Positions 1-8,682 are shown, counted from the stretch's first letter. The stretch: 11,941 nt of DNA from Candidatus Thorarchaeota archaeon (GCA_016840855.1 JAEORO010000231.1:1-11941); one strand, 5' to 3'. Notes: generated by a model not told the origin, from the sequence alone. A program made the numbers and translations.

Positions 1-1
1 A

Positions 2-234
2 GGATTGTTCCTTACGTCTTGTGAAACTGTCGTGTCAATAAATCAAGAGTCTGGAGCGACTGCACATGTTGGGTACCATCTCGTTTCAGCAAAGCGGGCT
101 ACATGCAGCGACTGTGTTCGAAGAGAGGGGAAAGCAATATTGAACACTCAAACTTTCAGGAGAGAGCATTAGTATTTCAAAACGCTACTTCAAATTCTTT
201 GATTTGTCATAACTGTGGAAAATCAATCTCTTAG
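2..234 (+). pseudogene. 3' part of a possible zinc-ribbon protein, apparently frameshifted near 154-156 and truncated by the window edge
   Basis: Manual translation. Frame 2 is open from base 2 (GLFLTSCETV...ATCSDCVRREGKAILNTQTF) and stops at 170-172. Frame 1 continues ...QERALVFQNATSNSLICHNCGKSIS, stop at 232-234. One extra T in the TTT at 154-156 would join CSDC and CHNC into a CxxC...CxxC pair. Confidence 0.35.
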
Positions 235-462
235 AAGTAATTTCAGTGAACATTCAGGAGTGATTGAAATTCTGGCAAAACTTTTCTCTCTGGAATTGAT
301 ACTTAGTTAAGAACCTTTTAGGAGGTATCTAGAATAGAGAGTGATTCACGAAAGGATGGGGAAAGGCATTCACAAACTAGATGTCAATGGTGTGGCCGAA
401 CCCTCGATATACGTTTTCGTGATCCAGTCAGTCAATGGTCATTCTGTTCTTTTCGATGTAGA

Positions 463-699
463 ATGGCTGGACTTTTCCACCGCGGAATATGCTTCGCGCT
501 AATCATGACTTTCTTCTCTTTGTCCGTTGTCTACTTCTTTCCAGTTATGATGATAGAGCTCCCTTATGCTGAATTAGCCGCGATTTCCATTTGGACATTG
601 ACACTTATTGTCTGGTATGGAGTCTTTATTGGATACAGGATGAGATCTGCAGCTAAACAAGATAGAGAGCCATCTTCTGGTGAAGCAATGCGGGTTTAA
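463..699 (+). CDS. Small hypothetical membrane protein (2 predicted TM helices)
   Basis: 78-aa ORF with ATG start, two hydrophobic stretches and a charged tail. Confidence 0.6.
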   Translation: MAGLFHRGICFALIMTFFSLSVVYFFPVMMIELPYAELAAISIWTLTLIVWYGVFIGYRMRSAAKQDREPSSGEAMRV

Positions 700-700
700 T

Positions 701-713
701 AGAAAGAATGGTG
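701..713 (-). repeat. Possible highly eroded tRNA-Ala 3'-end remnant
   Basis: AGAAAGAATGGTG is identical to 11757-11769 (tRNA trailer, CCA and discriminator) and begins 2 nt after the stop of 463..699. The rest of the repeat does not match. Confidence 0.35.
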
Positions 714-910
714 ACTCGCTCAAGGTTTTCCAGGTGAAGACTTCTTACTGAGTTGAATTTGTAATCGTTTCTAAAAAGCTCGAAACCCGCGTTACTGTAC
801 TTTACAAACTGGGAAGGGAAGGAATACTCCATGCTGGTAATAGGCACAATTATTGTTCTTATCATCAAACGCAAGTATGCTAAAGCTAGTGCAAATTGAT
901 TAGAAACAGA

Positions 911-933
911 TAGTGGACCACATTTGATTCAAA
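911..933 (-). repeat. Degenerate tRNA-Ala 3'-end copy (putative att site, type B-like)
   Basis: TAGTGGACCACATTTGATTCAAA, 16/23 to type B consensus TGGTGGACCGGGCGTGATTCGAA. Intergenic, with a purine-rich left flank like the other copies. Confidence 0.6.
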
Positions 934-951
934 TTATCTGTCATGAAAAAT

Positions 952-1647
952 CTAATTCTGGGTTCGCGATGCACTGAGCCTGTTGTGCATCTCTACTATT
1001 TCTCTCTTCATCTCATCTGAGAATTCGACAATCAACTTGTCTTTCAGTTCCTTAGTAAGTTCCTCTCCTGCAGCGATTTTCTCTCCCGCAAGTTTTACAG
1101 CATTAAGAAAATCTGAGAGCTGCTTCTTTCCCCTTTCATAGAACAATAACTGCGCAGCTGGAAGAAAGATAGGTAGTGCCATTGGATAGAGGGCTCTCAC
1201 TATATCGAAGTTGCTCGTGTCAGGGAATCCACATGTCGCAGCCAAAACCATGCGTGGAAATCTACGTATTCTACCTGGGTGCCGTGTTTCTCCATCATGA
1301 TTCACCATCTCAGGAAGTGTGAATACAAAGGTCCGTTCCAACAACTTCTGTAAATAGTGAGTCACGTTGCGACCATAGATTGGTGTGCCAAATAGCATCA
1401 CATCTGCATCTGCAATAGCAGGCAGGATTTTTTCCATATCGTCCTTTTGTACACACTTGCCAGGCGTGACCCACCAGCAGTTGAAACATCCACGGCATCC
1501 ATTAATATCTAGGTCGACGATGTGATATTTTTCAACATCTGCCCCCGACAATCTTGCTCCCTCAATGAATGTTTCTAACAGCACATCTGTCGTGCCATTG
1601 GATTTTCTAGGACTGGCATTGAACACTAGAAGCTTCATGTACTGCAC
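952..1647 (-). CDS. Iron-sulfur flavoprotein / NAD(P)H-dependent FMN reductase (flavodoxin-like fold)
   Basis: N-terminal FNASPRKSNGTT FMN-binding loop, CRGCFNCW-x5-C cysteine motif followed by DDM, and ADVMLFGTPIY. True start may be the ATG at 1638. Confidence 0.9.
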   Translation of the reverse strand: MQYMKLLVFNASPRKSNGTTDVLLETFIEGARLSGADVEKYHIVDLDINGCRGCFNCWWVTPGKCVQKDDMEKILPAIADADVMLFGTPIYGRNVTHYLQKLLERTFVFTLPEMVNHDGETRHPGRIRRFPRMVLAATCGFPDTSNFDIVRALYPMALPIFLPAAQLLFYERGKKQLSDFLNAVKLAGEKIAAGEELTKELKDKLIVEFSDEMKREIVEMHNRLSASRTQN

Positions 1648-1722
1648 CAGCTGTTCTCTTCCTTATAGGTTACAGGTCTAAGCAATACTTTTGTCTTGAA
1701 AGATTTGCCAAAGATAACCAAG

Positions 1723-1745
1723 TGGCGGACCGGGCATGATTCGAG
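1723..1745 (-). repeat. tRNA-Ala 3'-end copy (putative att site, type B)
   Basis: TGGCGGACCGGGCATGATTCGAG, 20/23 to type B consensus; intergenic. Confidence 0.85.
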
Positions 1746-1849
1746 TTCGCCACGATTTCTCTCTTAGTGATTTAAGAAACGATTGAACGGATGATTATTA
1801 ACCAACAGCGGATATTGTAGTTCCGATTGGCTAGGGAAAAGGGGCTGTC

Positions 1850-3307
1850 TTGATGAAACGACGCGAACTGCTTGTAGTTACATCTTTTGTACTCGCGCTT
1901 TTGCTAGCTTCGCTCTTGTATCTTGCATCACAAGGATTTTGGAATAGTACAACTGATTCTTCGCCTGATATAATCATACATAATGGTCAAATCCTGACTA
2001 TGGAGCAATCTCCGGCGCAAGTTGAGGCAATAGCCCTCCAAGGTGAGTATATTGTCGCCGTAGGCAGCGAGAGTGATATCCTCACGATGGCAAGCGCAAA
2101 CACCCAGTTCATTGACCTAGAAGGAAGGACACTCCTACCGGGTTTCAATGATGCTCATTCTCATCATATAGGTGACCGGAGTTATGTGAACCAATCATCG
2201 TCAGAGGAAGTGATTGAATCACTACTTAGTTTAGGATGGACTAGCATCTCAGAACTCTTTGTGAATCAAGAACGTTTGGATGGGCTCATATCTTTGGATC
2301 AACAGGACAACCTTCGCATTCGTGTAAATGCCTATCTTCCACTAAGCTGGCAGTTTGAGAGGTTCGGTGATTGGTATCTGACCTATCAACCCGGCCAGGA
2401 ATACAGTTCAAAATTAAGGATAGGAGGTGTGAAGATCTTTATGGACAGTTGGTATACCAATCCACTTCATTACTTTTCTCAAGCCGAACTGAACTCATTA
2501 GTGCAACAAGCTCATGACGATGGATTTCAGATTGCTATTCACAGTGTAGTAGATAACTCTACAGACATTGTTCTAAACGCTTTAGAATCAGCCTTGGATG
2601 GACAATCAAATCAACAATACCGACATCGAATTGAGCACCTTGTCCTACTCAGAAACGACCAGATACAGAGAATTGCTGATCTAGGAATTTTAGCCTCTTT
2701 CCAACTCACTTGGATTAATTCAGACTGGATGGAAGCAGTATCATGGCCGGTCTTGCAGAATTACTCACACCTTGCAGGTAGATGGAGAGATATTCTTGAT
2801 GCAGGGATCCCCTCACTTGGGAGTACCGACTATCCCTGGATTTTTGGTACAGAGCGATCAGTCATGTCTGTGATTTCGAGTGCCGTAACTAGGGTTGGTG
2901 AACTCGGACTCACGCCGTCAGATTGGATGTTAAACCAGACTATTAATGTAGAACAAGCTCTACGACTACTAACAATCGACGCAGCTTATGGGACATTCCA
3001 GGAGAACGTGAAGGGGAGCATCAAGGTGGGCAAATTTGCAGACCTAGTAATTCTTTCAGATAATCCTTTAACAGTTCCAGAAAATACTCTTGCTGAAATT
3101 GAAGTACTAATGACAATGGTGGGTGGGATTGTGGAATACACTGCTCCCGGACATCAGTTTCTATCGGCAGGTTGCGTGGGCGCCATCAGTCAAACGACGG
3201 AAAAAACAAACCCACTGATCAAGATGGAGATGATAGACACTCCGAATAAGAATGAGGAGTGGCGGACCGGGCTTGATGCGATTACCTTCATTTGGAGTTA
3301 TTCCTAA
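1850..3307 (+). CDS. Metal-dependent amidohydrolase (YtcJ-like, Amidohydro_3) with N-terminal signal peptide or membrane anchor
   Basis: Motifs IDLEGRTLLPGFNDAHSH, QIAIHSVVD, RHRIEH, GSTDYP and KGSIKVGKFADLVIL; basic then hydrophobic N-terminus. Confidence 0.9.
   Translation: MMKRRELLVVTSFVLALLLASLLYLASQGFWNSTTDSSPDIIIHNGQILTMEQSPAQVEAIALQGEYIVAVGSESDILTMASANTQFIDLEGRTLLPGFNDAHSHHIGDRSYVNQSSSEEVIESLLSLGWTSISELFVNQERLDGLISLDQQDNLRIRVNAYLPLSWQFERFGDWYLTYQPGQEYSSKLRIGGVKIFMDSWYTNPLHYFSQAELNSLVQQAHDDGFQIAIHSVVDNSTDIVLNALESALDGQSNQQYRHRIEHLVLLRNDQIQRIADLGILASFQLTWINSDWMEAVSWPVLQNYSHLAGRWRDILDAGIPSLGSTDYPWIFGTERSVMSVISSAVTRVGELGLTPSDWMLNQTINVEQALRLLTIDAAYGTFQENVKGSIKVGKFADLVILSDNPLTVPENTLAEIEVLMTMVGGIVEYTAPGHQFLSAGCVGAISQTTEKTNPLIKMEMIDTPNKNEEWRTGLDAITFIWSYS
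3260..3282 (-). repeat. tRNA-Ala 3'-end copy (putative att site, type B) inside the 3' tail of the amidohydrolase ORF
   Basis: TGGCGGACCGGGCTTGATGCGAT, 19/23 to type B consensus; ends about 20 nt before the stop codon of the convergent gene. Confidence 0.8.
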
Positions 3308-4428
3308 TCACTTTCAAACTGAACGCATCTTACTCCTCCCTTAAGTCCAGCTGCAAAACAACGGTTACAGGATATGCATCTAGCAATCTCTTGCGTCCCT
3401 ACTTTTGCTTCTTCAGTCCACCGACGCAGAAGTGCTGGTTCACTGATTATAGGACGACTAAGCTGAATTACGTCGAAAGCAGCAGCTAAATCTCCATTCC
3501 CCGTTAGTAATTTGATAACAGTCTTTGGAGACCGGATACCACCCACCAAACCGAATAAGAGACCACTATCATGTACAGTGGAACGGATAACCATTGCATC
3601 ACCCAAAAAATATGCATCTTCCAAATCTTTTGGTTTCTGAGTTGGGTTTGGACCACTGAATATCACACAATATGCGCCTGCTTCAGCCAGTTTCTTTGTT
3701 AGCTCGCCTACTTCTTCGGGTTTGACGGTGTCAGAGCTTGAATCTACCTTTACTTGGATTGGAATATCAACTGTGTTTTTGATAGCTCGCACAGCATCCA
3801 CCATTGCTTTGCTGCGTCCTTCAATTGATGTTCCTGTATACGGGTCATTCTCTGGGCGATGATTATACGATGGATCAAAGAATTGCCAAAGACCATAATG
3901 ATGAGCTCCGTGAAGCTCAATCACATCAAACCCTGCACTTTCTGCCCGTTTCGCCGCATTTGCATAAGCCTGAGTGACCTCTTCGACGTGGTCTACTGTC
4001 ATCGCTTTTACCTGAACACCTTCTCCCTTAAGACCAGAAACTTCCATCTCACTGGGACCAAATATATCGTTGCCAGAATATTTGGGCAAACTCTTACACC
4101 CACAATGCACCAATTGAGCCGCTGCTAAACCCCCTGATGAATGAATTATTCCTGCTAAGCGTTTTAGACCCTCAACATCTGTGGGCTTTGAATTCGAGAT
4201 CATCCGCCGAACTGACTGTCCCTCTTCCATCACATATTGAAAACCAGTCACCACGATACCCGCTCTGATTTTACTATATGTTTCGAAGATGGTGTTACTG
4301 CAAGTTCCATCTTCTTCTGCCTGCCCCATCCAAGTAGCAGCCCGCATTATTCGGTTGGAGGCTTTCACTCCATTTGGAAGTTCAAATTCCTGAAGCACTG
4401 TACTCTCCCAGGTTTTCTGGTCTACCAT
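3304..4428 (-). CDS. NADH:flavin oxidoreductase (Old Yellow Enzyme family)
   Basis: Motifs NRIMRAAT, AQLVHCG and AGFDVIELHGAHHYGLWQF, plus a C-terminal CISCNRC-x11-C motif. Confidence 0.92.
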   Translation of the reverse strand: MVDQKTWESTVLQEFELPNGVKASNRIMRAATWMGQAEEDGTCSNTIFETYSKIRAGIVVTGFQYVMEEGQSVRRMISNSKPTDVEGLKRLAGIIHSSGGLAAAQLVHCGCKSLPKYSGNDIFGPSEMEVSGLKGEGVQVKAMTVDHVEEVTQAYANAAKRAESAGFDVIELHGAHHYGLWQFFDPSYNHRPENDPYTGTSIEGRSKAMVDAVRAIKNTVDIPIQVKVDSSSDTVKPEEVGELTKKLAEAGAYCVIFSGPNPTQKPKDLEDAYFLGDAMVIRSTVHDSGLLFGLVGGIRSPKTVIKLLTGNGDLAAAFDVIQLSRPIISEPALLRRWTEEAKVGTQEIARCISCNRCFAAGLKGGVRCVQFESD

Positions 4429-4461
4429 TAAATCAGCTCAAATCCCAAGTCACATGACCCG

Positions 4462-4467
4462 TATATA
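4462..4467 (-). promoter_or_regulatory. Putative archaeal TATA box for the OYE gene
   Basis: TATATA about 34 nt upstream of the ATG at 4428, inside the unit boundary. Confidence 0.5.
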
Positions 4468-4494
4468 GGCTTGATGTGATAGACTCGGAAAAAA

Positions 4495-4517
4495 GTTTGG
4501 ACCGAGTGGGGTTCGAA
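4495..4517 (-). repeat. Degenerate tRNA-Ala 3'-end copy (putative att site, type A-like)
   Basis: GTTTGGACCGAGTGGGGTTCGAA, 17/23 to 11765-11787; intergenic, A-rich left flank. Confidence 0.75.
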
Positions 4518-4550
4518 CACCAACATTCTCTCGTCAGAATGGATTACTTC

Positions 4551-5060
4551 TTACAGACTATATTTCTCATGGATTCCTTCGATTTCTACTACAATTTCTT
4601 CATAGTGTGCAATCAGATCAGGTTTCCCAGATTGAATTGCGTGAGATTTTGCCTGATCGAGCAATGCAAGAAGAGCTGTTGTTTTTTCAACAATCTCAGG
4701 ACCTAGCTTTTGCTGTTTCTTGGGTTTTTCGTTATATTTGGCGATTGTCTTCGCGATACTCTGTCTTTCTTTTGAAATCTTCTTGTCCATGTCCAATGTT
4801 ATCATCTTGTCCAGTTTTTCAAGAGAGTCTTCTTCAGCATCAGCAACTGGAGTTGGTTCCTTTTGTTGAGTTGAGAGTCCAAGAACTCGTTTCAGATCAT
4901 CTCGGAAGAAACTGATAAGGAACCCTATGAAGATGACAACAACTCCCGCAAGAAAGCCCTCTAAGCTGGATAACAGATAAGCGATGATACTCACAATGAC
5001 GAGAATTACAATGAGTACTATTAGTCCTTTCCAAGAGAAACTGTTAGATTCGCTATTCAA
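4551..5060 (-). CDS. Hypothetical membrane protein: 2 N-terminal TM helices and a charged helical C-terminal domain
   Basis: 169-aa ORF (TTG start) filling the interval between two repeats; hydrophobicity pattern. Confidence 0.75.
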   Translation of the reverse strand: MNSESNSFSWKGLIVLIVILVIVSIIAYLLSSLEGFLAGVVVIFIGFLISFFRDDLKRVLGLSTQQKEPTPVADAEEDSLEKLDKMITLDMDKKISKERQSIAKTIAKYNEKPKKQQKLGPEIVEKTTALLALLDQAKSHAIQSGKPDLIAHYEEIVVEIEGIHEKYSL

Positions 5061-5198
5061 TGCATTCTCACAAAGTGCACTAGGTGTGGTTTGATTTAAC
5101 TATGTTTCTAGGATTCTGAAGGCTGATTTGAACCTTTCAAGAACTAAAGGGATGACAATCGTTTCTCAGTTAGTTGTTGTGATATTTTGAACAAAGAG

Positions 5199-5221
5199 TG
5201 GTGGATTGGGTGAGATTGGAT
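5199..5221 (-). repeat. Degenerate tRNA-Ala 3'-end copy (putative att site, type A)
   Basis: TGGTGGATTGGGTGAGATTGGAT, 18/23 to 11765-11787; ends 6 nt from the stop at 5227. Confidence 0.8.
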
Positions 5222-5226
5222 TGTTC

Positions 5227-5988
5227 TCATGAGCATCTTCTACGATGATAGATTACCGCTACTAATAGAAAAACACCTGCTACACTGAAAGTTATGAGAG
5301 TAATCGCCAATCCCAAATTGATATTGTTCCAACTCTGAATCAGTGGAAGAATGTTTGTATCATTCAGTGTTTCTAACACTGATACTTCTGCATTGAGAAC
5401 ACTACGATTGGTTTCAATCATTAAGATAATCCCTGTCTGTTGATCATAATACCGATTCATCTGATTCCCCGTCGAGAATACATTTTCAGTCATCCAACAT
5501 ATTCGCGTGGTGGGCAAGCAATCAAACTTTAGCGGTCCAACAGATACAGGATATTCATTTGTTTCATACATCGTGTTAATCGCCGTACTCTCGTTTGTTT
5601 TAGTTGAAATCCAGAATGCTATCTTCTTACTCACTGGATATCCCTCAATCTCAGAGCCATTTGGGTGAAATGCACTCAGAATAAATAATGAATCTCTATC
5701 GACTATCAATCTCCCACCACCGGGAATAATGGTAAACGATTCAGTAGTGGAATTGAAAATCAGACCATGGGAGCGAATTTCAATCTCGATAGTACTTGGT
5801 TCCACTGATGTTATTTTCCAATACAACTCATAGGTATCACCATTTGAGAACTCCTGTTTGTACTGAGCATATGAACCAATATCCAAGAACTCAGGAAGAC
5901 CTGCTTGATTCTGTGATAGAATTGGATGTGGCTGCGTCAGAATGATAGAACAGATGAGAATGAGTAAGAGAAAACGAATCGACATCAC
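5227..5988 (-). CDS. Hypothetical secreted/cell-surface protein with C-terminal membrane anchor
   Basis: N-terminal signal peptide, several N-x-S/T sequons, C-terminal TM helix followed by HRRR. GGAGGTG lies next to the start (ATG at 5985 or GTG at 5988). Confidence 0.8.
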   Translation of the reverse strand: MMSIRFLLLILICSIILTQPHPILSQNQAGLPEFLDIGSYAQYKQEFSNGDTYELYWKITSVEPSTIEIEIRSHGLIFNSTTESFTIIPGGGRLIVDRDSLFILSAFHPNGSEIEGYPVSKKIAFWISTKTNESTAINTMYETNEYPVSVGPLKFDCLPTTRICWMTENVFSTGNQMNRYYDQQTGIILMIETNRSVLNAEVSVLETLNDTNILPLIQSWNNINLGLAITLITFSVAGVFLLVAVIYHRRRCS

Positions 5989-6044
5989 ACCTCCATGTTA
6001 TATTTACATGGAATAGGAAAAGAGTTTCGAACAAAGAAATGAAA

Positions 6045-6067
6045 TGGTGGACTAGGTGGGATTTGAA
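6045..6067 (-). repeat. tRNA-Ala 3'-end copy (putative att site, type A)
   Basis: TGGTGGACTAGGTGGGATTTGAA, 21/23 to 11765-11787. Confidence 0.9.
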
Positions 6068-6075
6068 AACCTGTG

Positions 6076-6089
6076 TATAAAGATTATAA
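6076..6089 (+). promoter_or_regulatory. Putative TATA box(es) for 6130..6669
   Basis: TATAAA (6076-6081) and TTATAA (6084-6089) just right of the repeat; GAGG Shine-Dalgarno-like motif at about 6113. Confidence 0.45.
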
Positions 6090-6129
6090 CCATTCAATAC
6101 ATCTTTGGATTTGAGGTTTCGTTAATTAG

Positions 6130-6669
6130 ATGGGTTCCGAACCTTTGTTTGAAGGAACTTTGAGAGGGTCTACTATCTCAAAAGCGATTCTAGGTCTTTC
6201 CTTTGTTCTGCCATATCTCATTGACTGGTTGAATAGGAGTAGTTATCCTCATCTAATGATTTATGCACCAACTTGGCTACTGCTTGAAAGCGAATGGGAA
6301 TCTTTCATAGGACCCACTCCCATGGCTTTACTCATGTTTGCCTATTGGCTACCATATACCTATGTGGGATTTCAATCATACAGGTTCTCGAAAGGAAAGT
6401 ACTCAAGCGTCAATCGCTATGTTGTTGGAGTCGTTTTTGTTACCTCTCTAGCAATCTTATTGACAATTCCCTTGATGATATCTCCATCAGTTTGGGAAGA
6501 TGGAAGAGTTTTCCATTCCACTGTGATTCCACTACCGCTGGTTTCGATTTTGGCTTTGCTATTAATACCAGTTCTGCGCCCAGTTTTGCTACTATCGCCA
6601 TGGGAAGACGTTAAAGAGAATGTTTTCTCGCGCAATGATTCAATGAATTCAGAACGAAGTATTGATTGA
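6130..6669 (+). CDS. Hypothetical polytopic membrane protein (about 4 TM helices)
   Basis: 179-aa ORF with ATG start and several hydrophobic segments; stop 10 nt before the next repeat. Confidence 0.75.
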   Translation: MGSEPLFEGTLRGSTISKAILGLSFVLPYLIDWLNRSSYPHLMIYAPTWLLLESEWESFIGPTPMALLMFAYWLPYTYVGFQSYRFSKGKYSSVNRYVVGVVFVTSLAILLTIPLMISPSVWEDGRVFHSTVIPLPLVSILALLLIPVLRPVLLLSPWEDVKENVFSRNDSMNSERSID

Positions 6670-6679
6670 AACGAATAAA

Positions 6680-6702
6680 TGGTGGACCGGGCGTGACTCG
6701 AA
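6680..6702 (-). repeat. tRNA-Ala 3'-end copy (putative att site, type B)
   Basis: TGGTGGACCGGGCGTGACTCGAA, 22/23 to type B consensus and 19/23 to the resident tRNA. Confidence 0.9.
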
Positions 6703-6715
6703 GGATGTGATTAGC

Positions 6716-7153
6716 CTAATGATCGTCTGATGTAATGGTTTCCCAAAGTTTCGACAAATACATTGAGGTTAGCCAGAAACCCACGAGAGAAAAGATCAAG
6801 CCAAGTGGAATTGCAAAAGGTCGTAGGTCTGATCCTACGAATCCAATTACAAATGCATAGATAGATGGTATAGCAGCAAAAGTGTACATGAGAACAGCTG
6901 GACCCATGATGTTATTCGACTCGACTCTTTTTCTAAAATGACGATATGACAGGTAGATGAGTAGAATCTCGATGGGCATCAAAATAATCATCAACCATGA
7001 AACAGCATCAGGTAGATTATTACCAGCAGGAAGTTCGGATTCTGGTATTAGGAGTACAATGAAAATCATTACAATGGAGTAGAATAAAATCAGAATTCCT
7101 AGTAGTCTGGCTTTTCTGAGTGATGACATACTGTTGGGATGTTCAGAATCCAT
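6716..7153 (-). CDS. Hypothetical membrane protein (4 TM helices)
   Basis: 145-aa ORF with four hydrophobic segments; BRE/TATA-like GAAAACTTAAA on the minus strand at 7189-7199. Confidence 0.78.
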   Translation of the reverse strand: MDSEHPNSMSSLRKARLLGILILFYSIVMIFIVLLIPESELPAGNNLPDAVSWLMIILMPIEILLIYLSYRHFRKRVESNNIMGPAVLMYTFAAIPSIYAFVIGFVGSDLRPFAIPLGLIFSLVGFWLTSMYLSKLWETITSDDH

Positions 7154-7219
7154 TATACATCCACCAATCTCAGTAAGCAGGGCTTCAGTTTAAGTTTTCA
7201 GTATCTAATAGCGAAGTAG

Positions 7220-7242
7220 TGGTGGACCGGGTGGGATTTGAT
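7220..7242 (-). repeat. tRNA-Ala 3'-end copy (putative att site, type A)
   Basis: TGGTGGACCGGGTGGGATTTGAT, 22/23 to 11765-11787. Confidence 0.93.
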
Positions 7243-7248
7243 ATAATA

Positions 7249-7287
7249 GGAAAAGAAGGGGGGGCTCGATTCAAGTTAAGCCCCTTT
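7249..7287 (-). terminator. Possible terminator for the 7760-to-7309 operon
   Basis: GGGGCT (7261-7266) and AGCCCC (7279-7284) form an inverted repeat, followed on the minus strand by the pyrimidine tract CTTCTTTTCC. Confidence 0.4.
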
Positions 7288-7308
7288 GCGAATCGACATT
7301 TTATAAAA

Positions 7309-7497
7309 TCAAGCAACATTGCTCTTACCGCGCGAACACATTATAGCACCTATGGTCACGAAGATTAAAAGTCCGAGTAGAATCACTAGAAACGGGTCAA
7401 TCACACCTAAGCCAAAGTAGTTACACAATATTCCACCAATGACCACGAAGATTGCTATCATAAGCACTATAATTGCTGCTTTATCTCTTAACTGCAT
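7309..7497 (-). CDS. Small membrane protein (2 TM helices)
   Basis: 62-aa ORF with a strong Shine-Dalgarno GGAGGTGA (minus strand, 7504-7511); overlaps the end of the upstream ORF, suggesting translational coupling. Confidence 0.75.
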   Translation of the reverse strand: MQLRDKAAIIVLMIAIFVVIGGILCNYFGLGVIDPFLVILLGLLIFVTIGAIMCSRGKSNVA

Positions 7498-7760
7498 TTA
7501 GAATCACCTCCTGCACATTTGTTTTTCGTATCTATAACTGAAATCTCACTTTTCCTCAAATGCAACCTCAGAAAACCATAACATCCCTTTAGCTCGAGTA
7601 TTTCAGGTTCTATGAATAAGGCGTGTTGCAATTTTCCAAGGGTTCCTTCTATTAGGATGGCATCATTCACGTCTGTTGAGAGAACTGAGAGTCGGTGCCT
7701 GTTACAAGTGAGTTCGATTGAGAAGTCACACTCACCGTTTTCATTTTCTTGGTTGTTCAT
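7488..7760 (-). CDS. Small hypothetical protein, probably beta-rich
   Basis: 90-aa ORF with ATG start, divergent from the regulator. The FSIEL...ILIEGTLG...ILELKG..G.LRL pattern resembles archaeal hypothetical proteins (from memory, not searched). Confidence 0.7.
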   Translation of the reverse strand: MNNQENENGECDFSIELTCNRHRLSVLSTDVNDAILIEGTLGKLQHALFIEPEILELKGCYGFLRLHLRKSEISVIDTKNKCAGGDSKCS

Positions 7761-7809
7761 CTCTTGTTCCTCGAAACAATAGGTGCTAGATATTTTTGAT
7801 AAGCTTTAA

Positions 7810-8625
7810 TTGACAAGTTTGCGAAAGATTTTGGATAGGTGCGAAATTATTACTACGCCAAACAATGAAGATGAAGAAGAGATCTCGAAGGTTCTCTTTG
7901 AACTTGCAAGTAACCGAAGAGCAAGTATTCTCTTTGAGGTGGAAAAGAAGAGTCTCAAGATGCAACAAATAGCTAAATCTTTAGACATGAATGTCACTGA
8001 AACCTTCAGGCATCTGCAGAGGCTCAGTAATGCAAAACTTGTTGAGAAACAAGTTGACGGCACCTATGCAACAACTTCCTTGGGCACTCTGACGATTGGT
8101 CTTCTCTCAAGTCTGAATTTTGTTTTGAAACATGGAAACTTCTTCTTGGGCCACGATGTTTCTTGTCTTCCATATGAGTTTGTTAACAGACTTGGCGAGT
8201 TGGAAGATGCAGAGTTTTGTGGAGATACAGTGACCACCTTAAATCGGGTCAGAGAGATTGTTTGTGAGGCAAATGAGTACATTTGGACTATGGCCGAGCA
8301 AGTTGATTCTACTAATGTTAATACTGTGAACGAGCAGGTGGCGAAAGGGCTTGATTTCCGTTTCATTATGCAGGAAGAACTTGCAAGAACTATCAAAATC
8401 ACACCTGAGTTTGAGCACCTGAAACAAAGGAAATCTCTCGGTCGTGTGTGTCTCACTCTCCTAGTCACTGATAAGGAGGCGTCCATTAGTTTACGCAGAC
8501 ATAGCGGAGAAACGGATTACATCGGTTTTATCGGAAAAAATGAAAGATTTCGTAAATGGACCCGAGACCTATTCAATTACTACTGGGAAAGAGCTGAACC
8601 ATGGTATCGAGGCATGCAGAAATAA
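7810..8625 (+). CDS. Archaeal transcriptional regulator: ArsR-like winged HTH plus DUF1724/FilR1-like C-terminal domain
   Basis: LFELASNRRASIL...MQQIAKSLDMNVTETFRHLQRLSNAKLVEKQVDGTYATTSLG winged HTH, HDVSCLPYEFVNRLGEL linker, and C-terminal FRKWTRDLFNYYWERA. Start uncertain. Confidence 0.85.
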   Translation: MTSLRKILDRCEIITTPNNEDEEEISKVLFELASNRRASILFEVEKKSLKMQQIAKSLDMNVTETFRHLQRLSNAKLVEKQVDGTYATTSLGTLTIGLLSSLNFVLKHGNFFLGHDVSCLPYEFVNRLGELEDAEFCGDTVTTLNRVREIVCEANEYIWTMAEQVDSTNVNTVNEQVAKGLDFRFIMQEELARTIKITPEFEHLKQRKSLGRVCLTLLVTDKEASISLRRHSGETDYIGFIGKNERFRKWTRDLFNYYWERAEPWYRGMQK

Positions 8626-8682
8626 TAGCTGCCATTTAATTCAGCGATAACTGCATTATCTCACAAATCAGAAAGAATTGGA

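Noticed and set aside
386-410. AATGGTGTGGCCGAACCCTCGA as a further repeat copy
   Set aside because: The position is suggestive, but the match is too weak to tell from chance.
653-874. 73-aa minus-strand ORF
   Set aside because: Overlaps the 463..699 gene and has no recognisable motif; at most a decayed remnant.
4438-4447. TCAAATCCCA, an inverted 10-mer matching the tRNA T-arm
   Set aside because: Short, lacks the acceptor-stem part, and lies in a 5' leader; probably chance.
5125-5134. GATTTGAACC matching the tRNA T-loop region
   Set aside because: Only 10 nt with no GGTGGACC part; cannot be supported as a separate att site.
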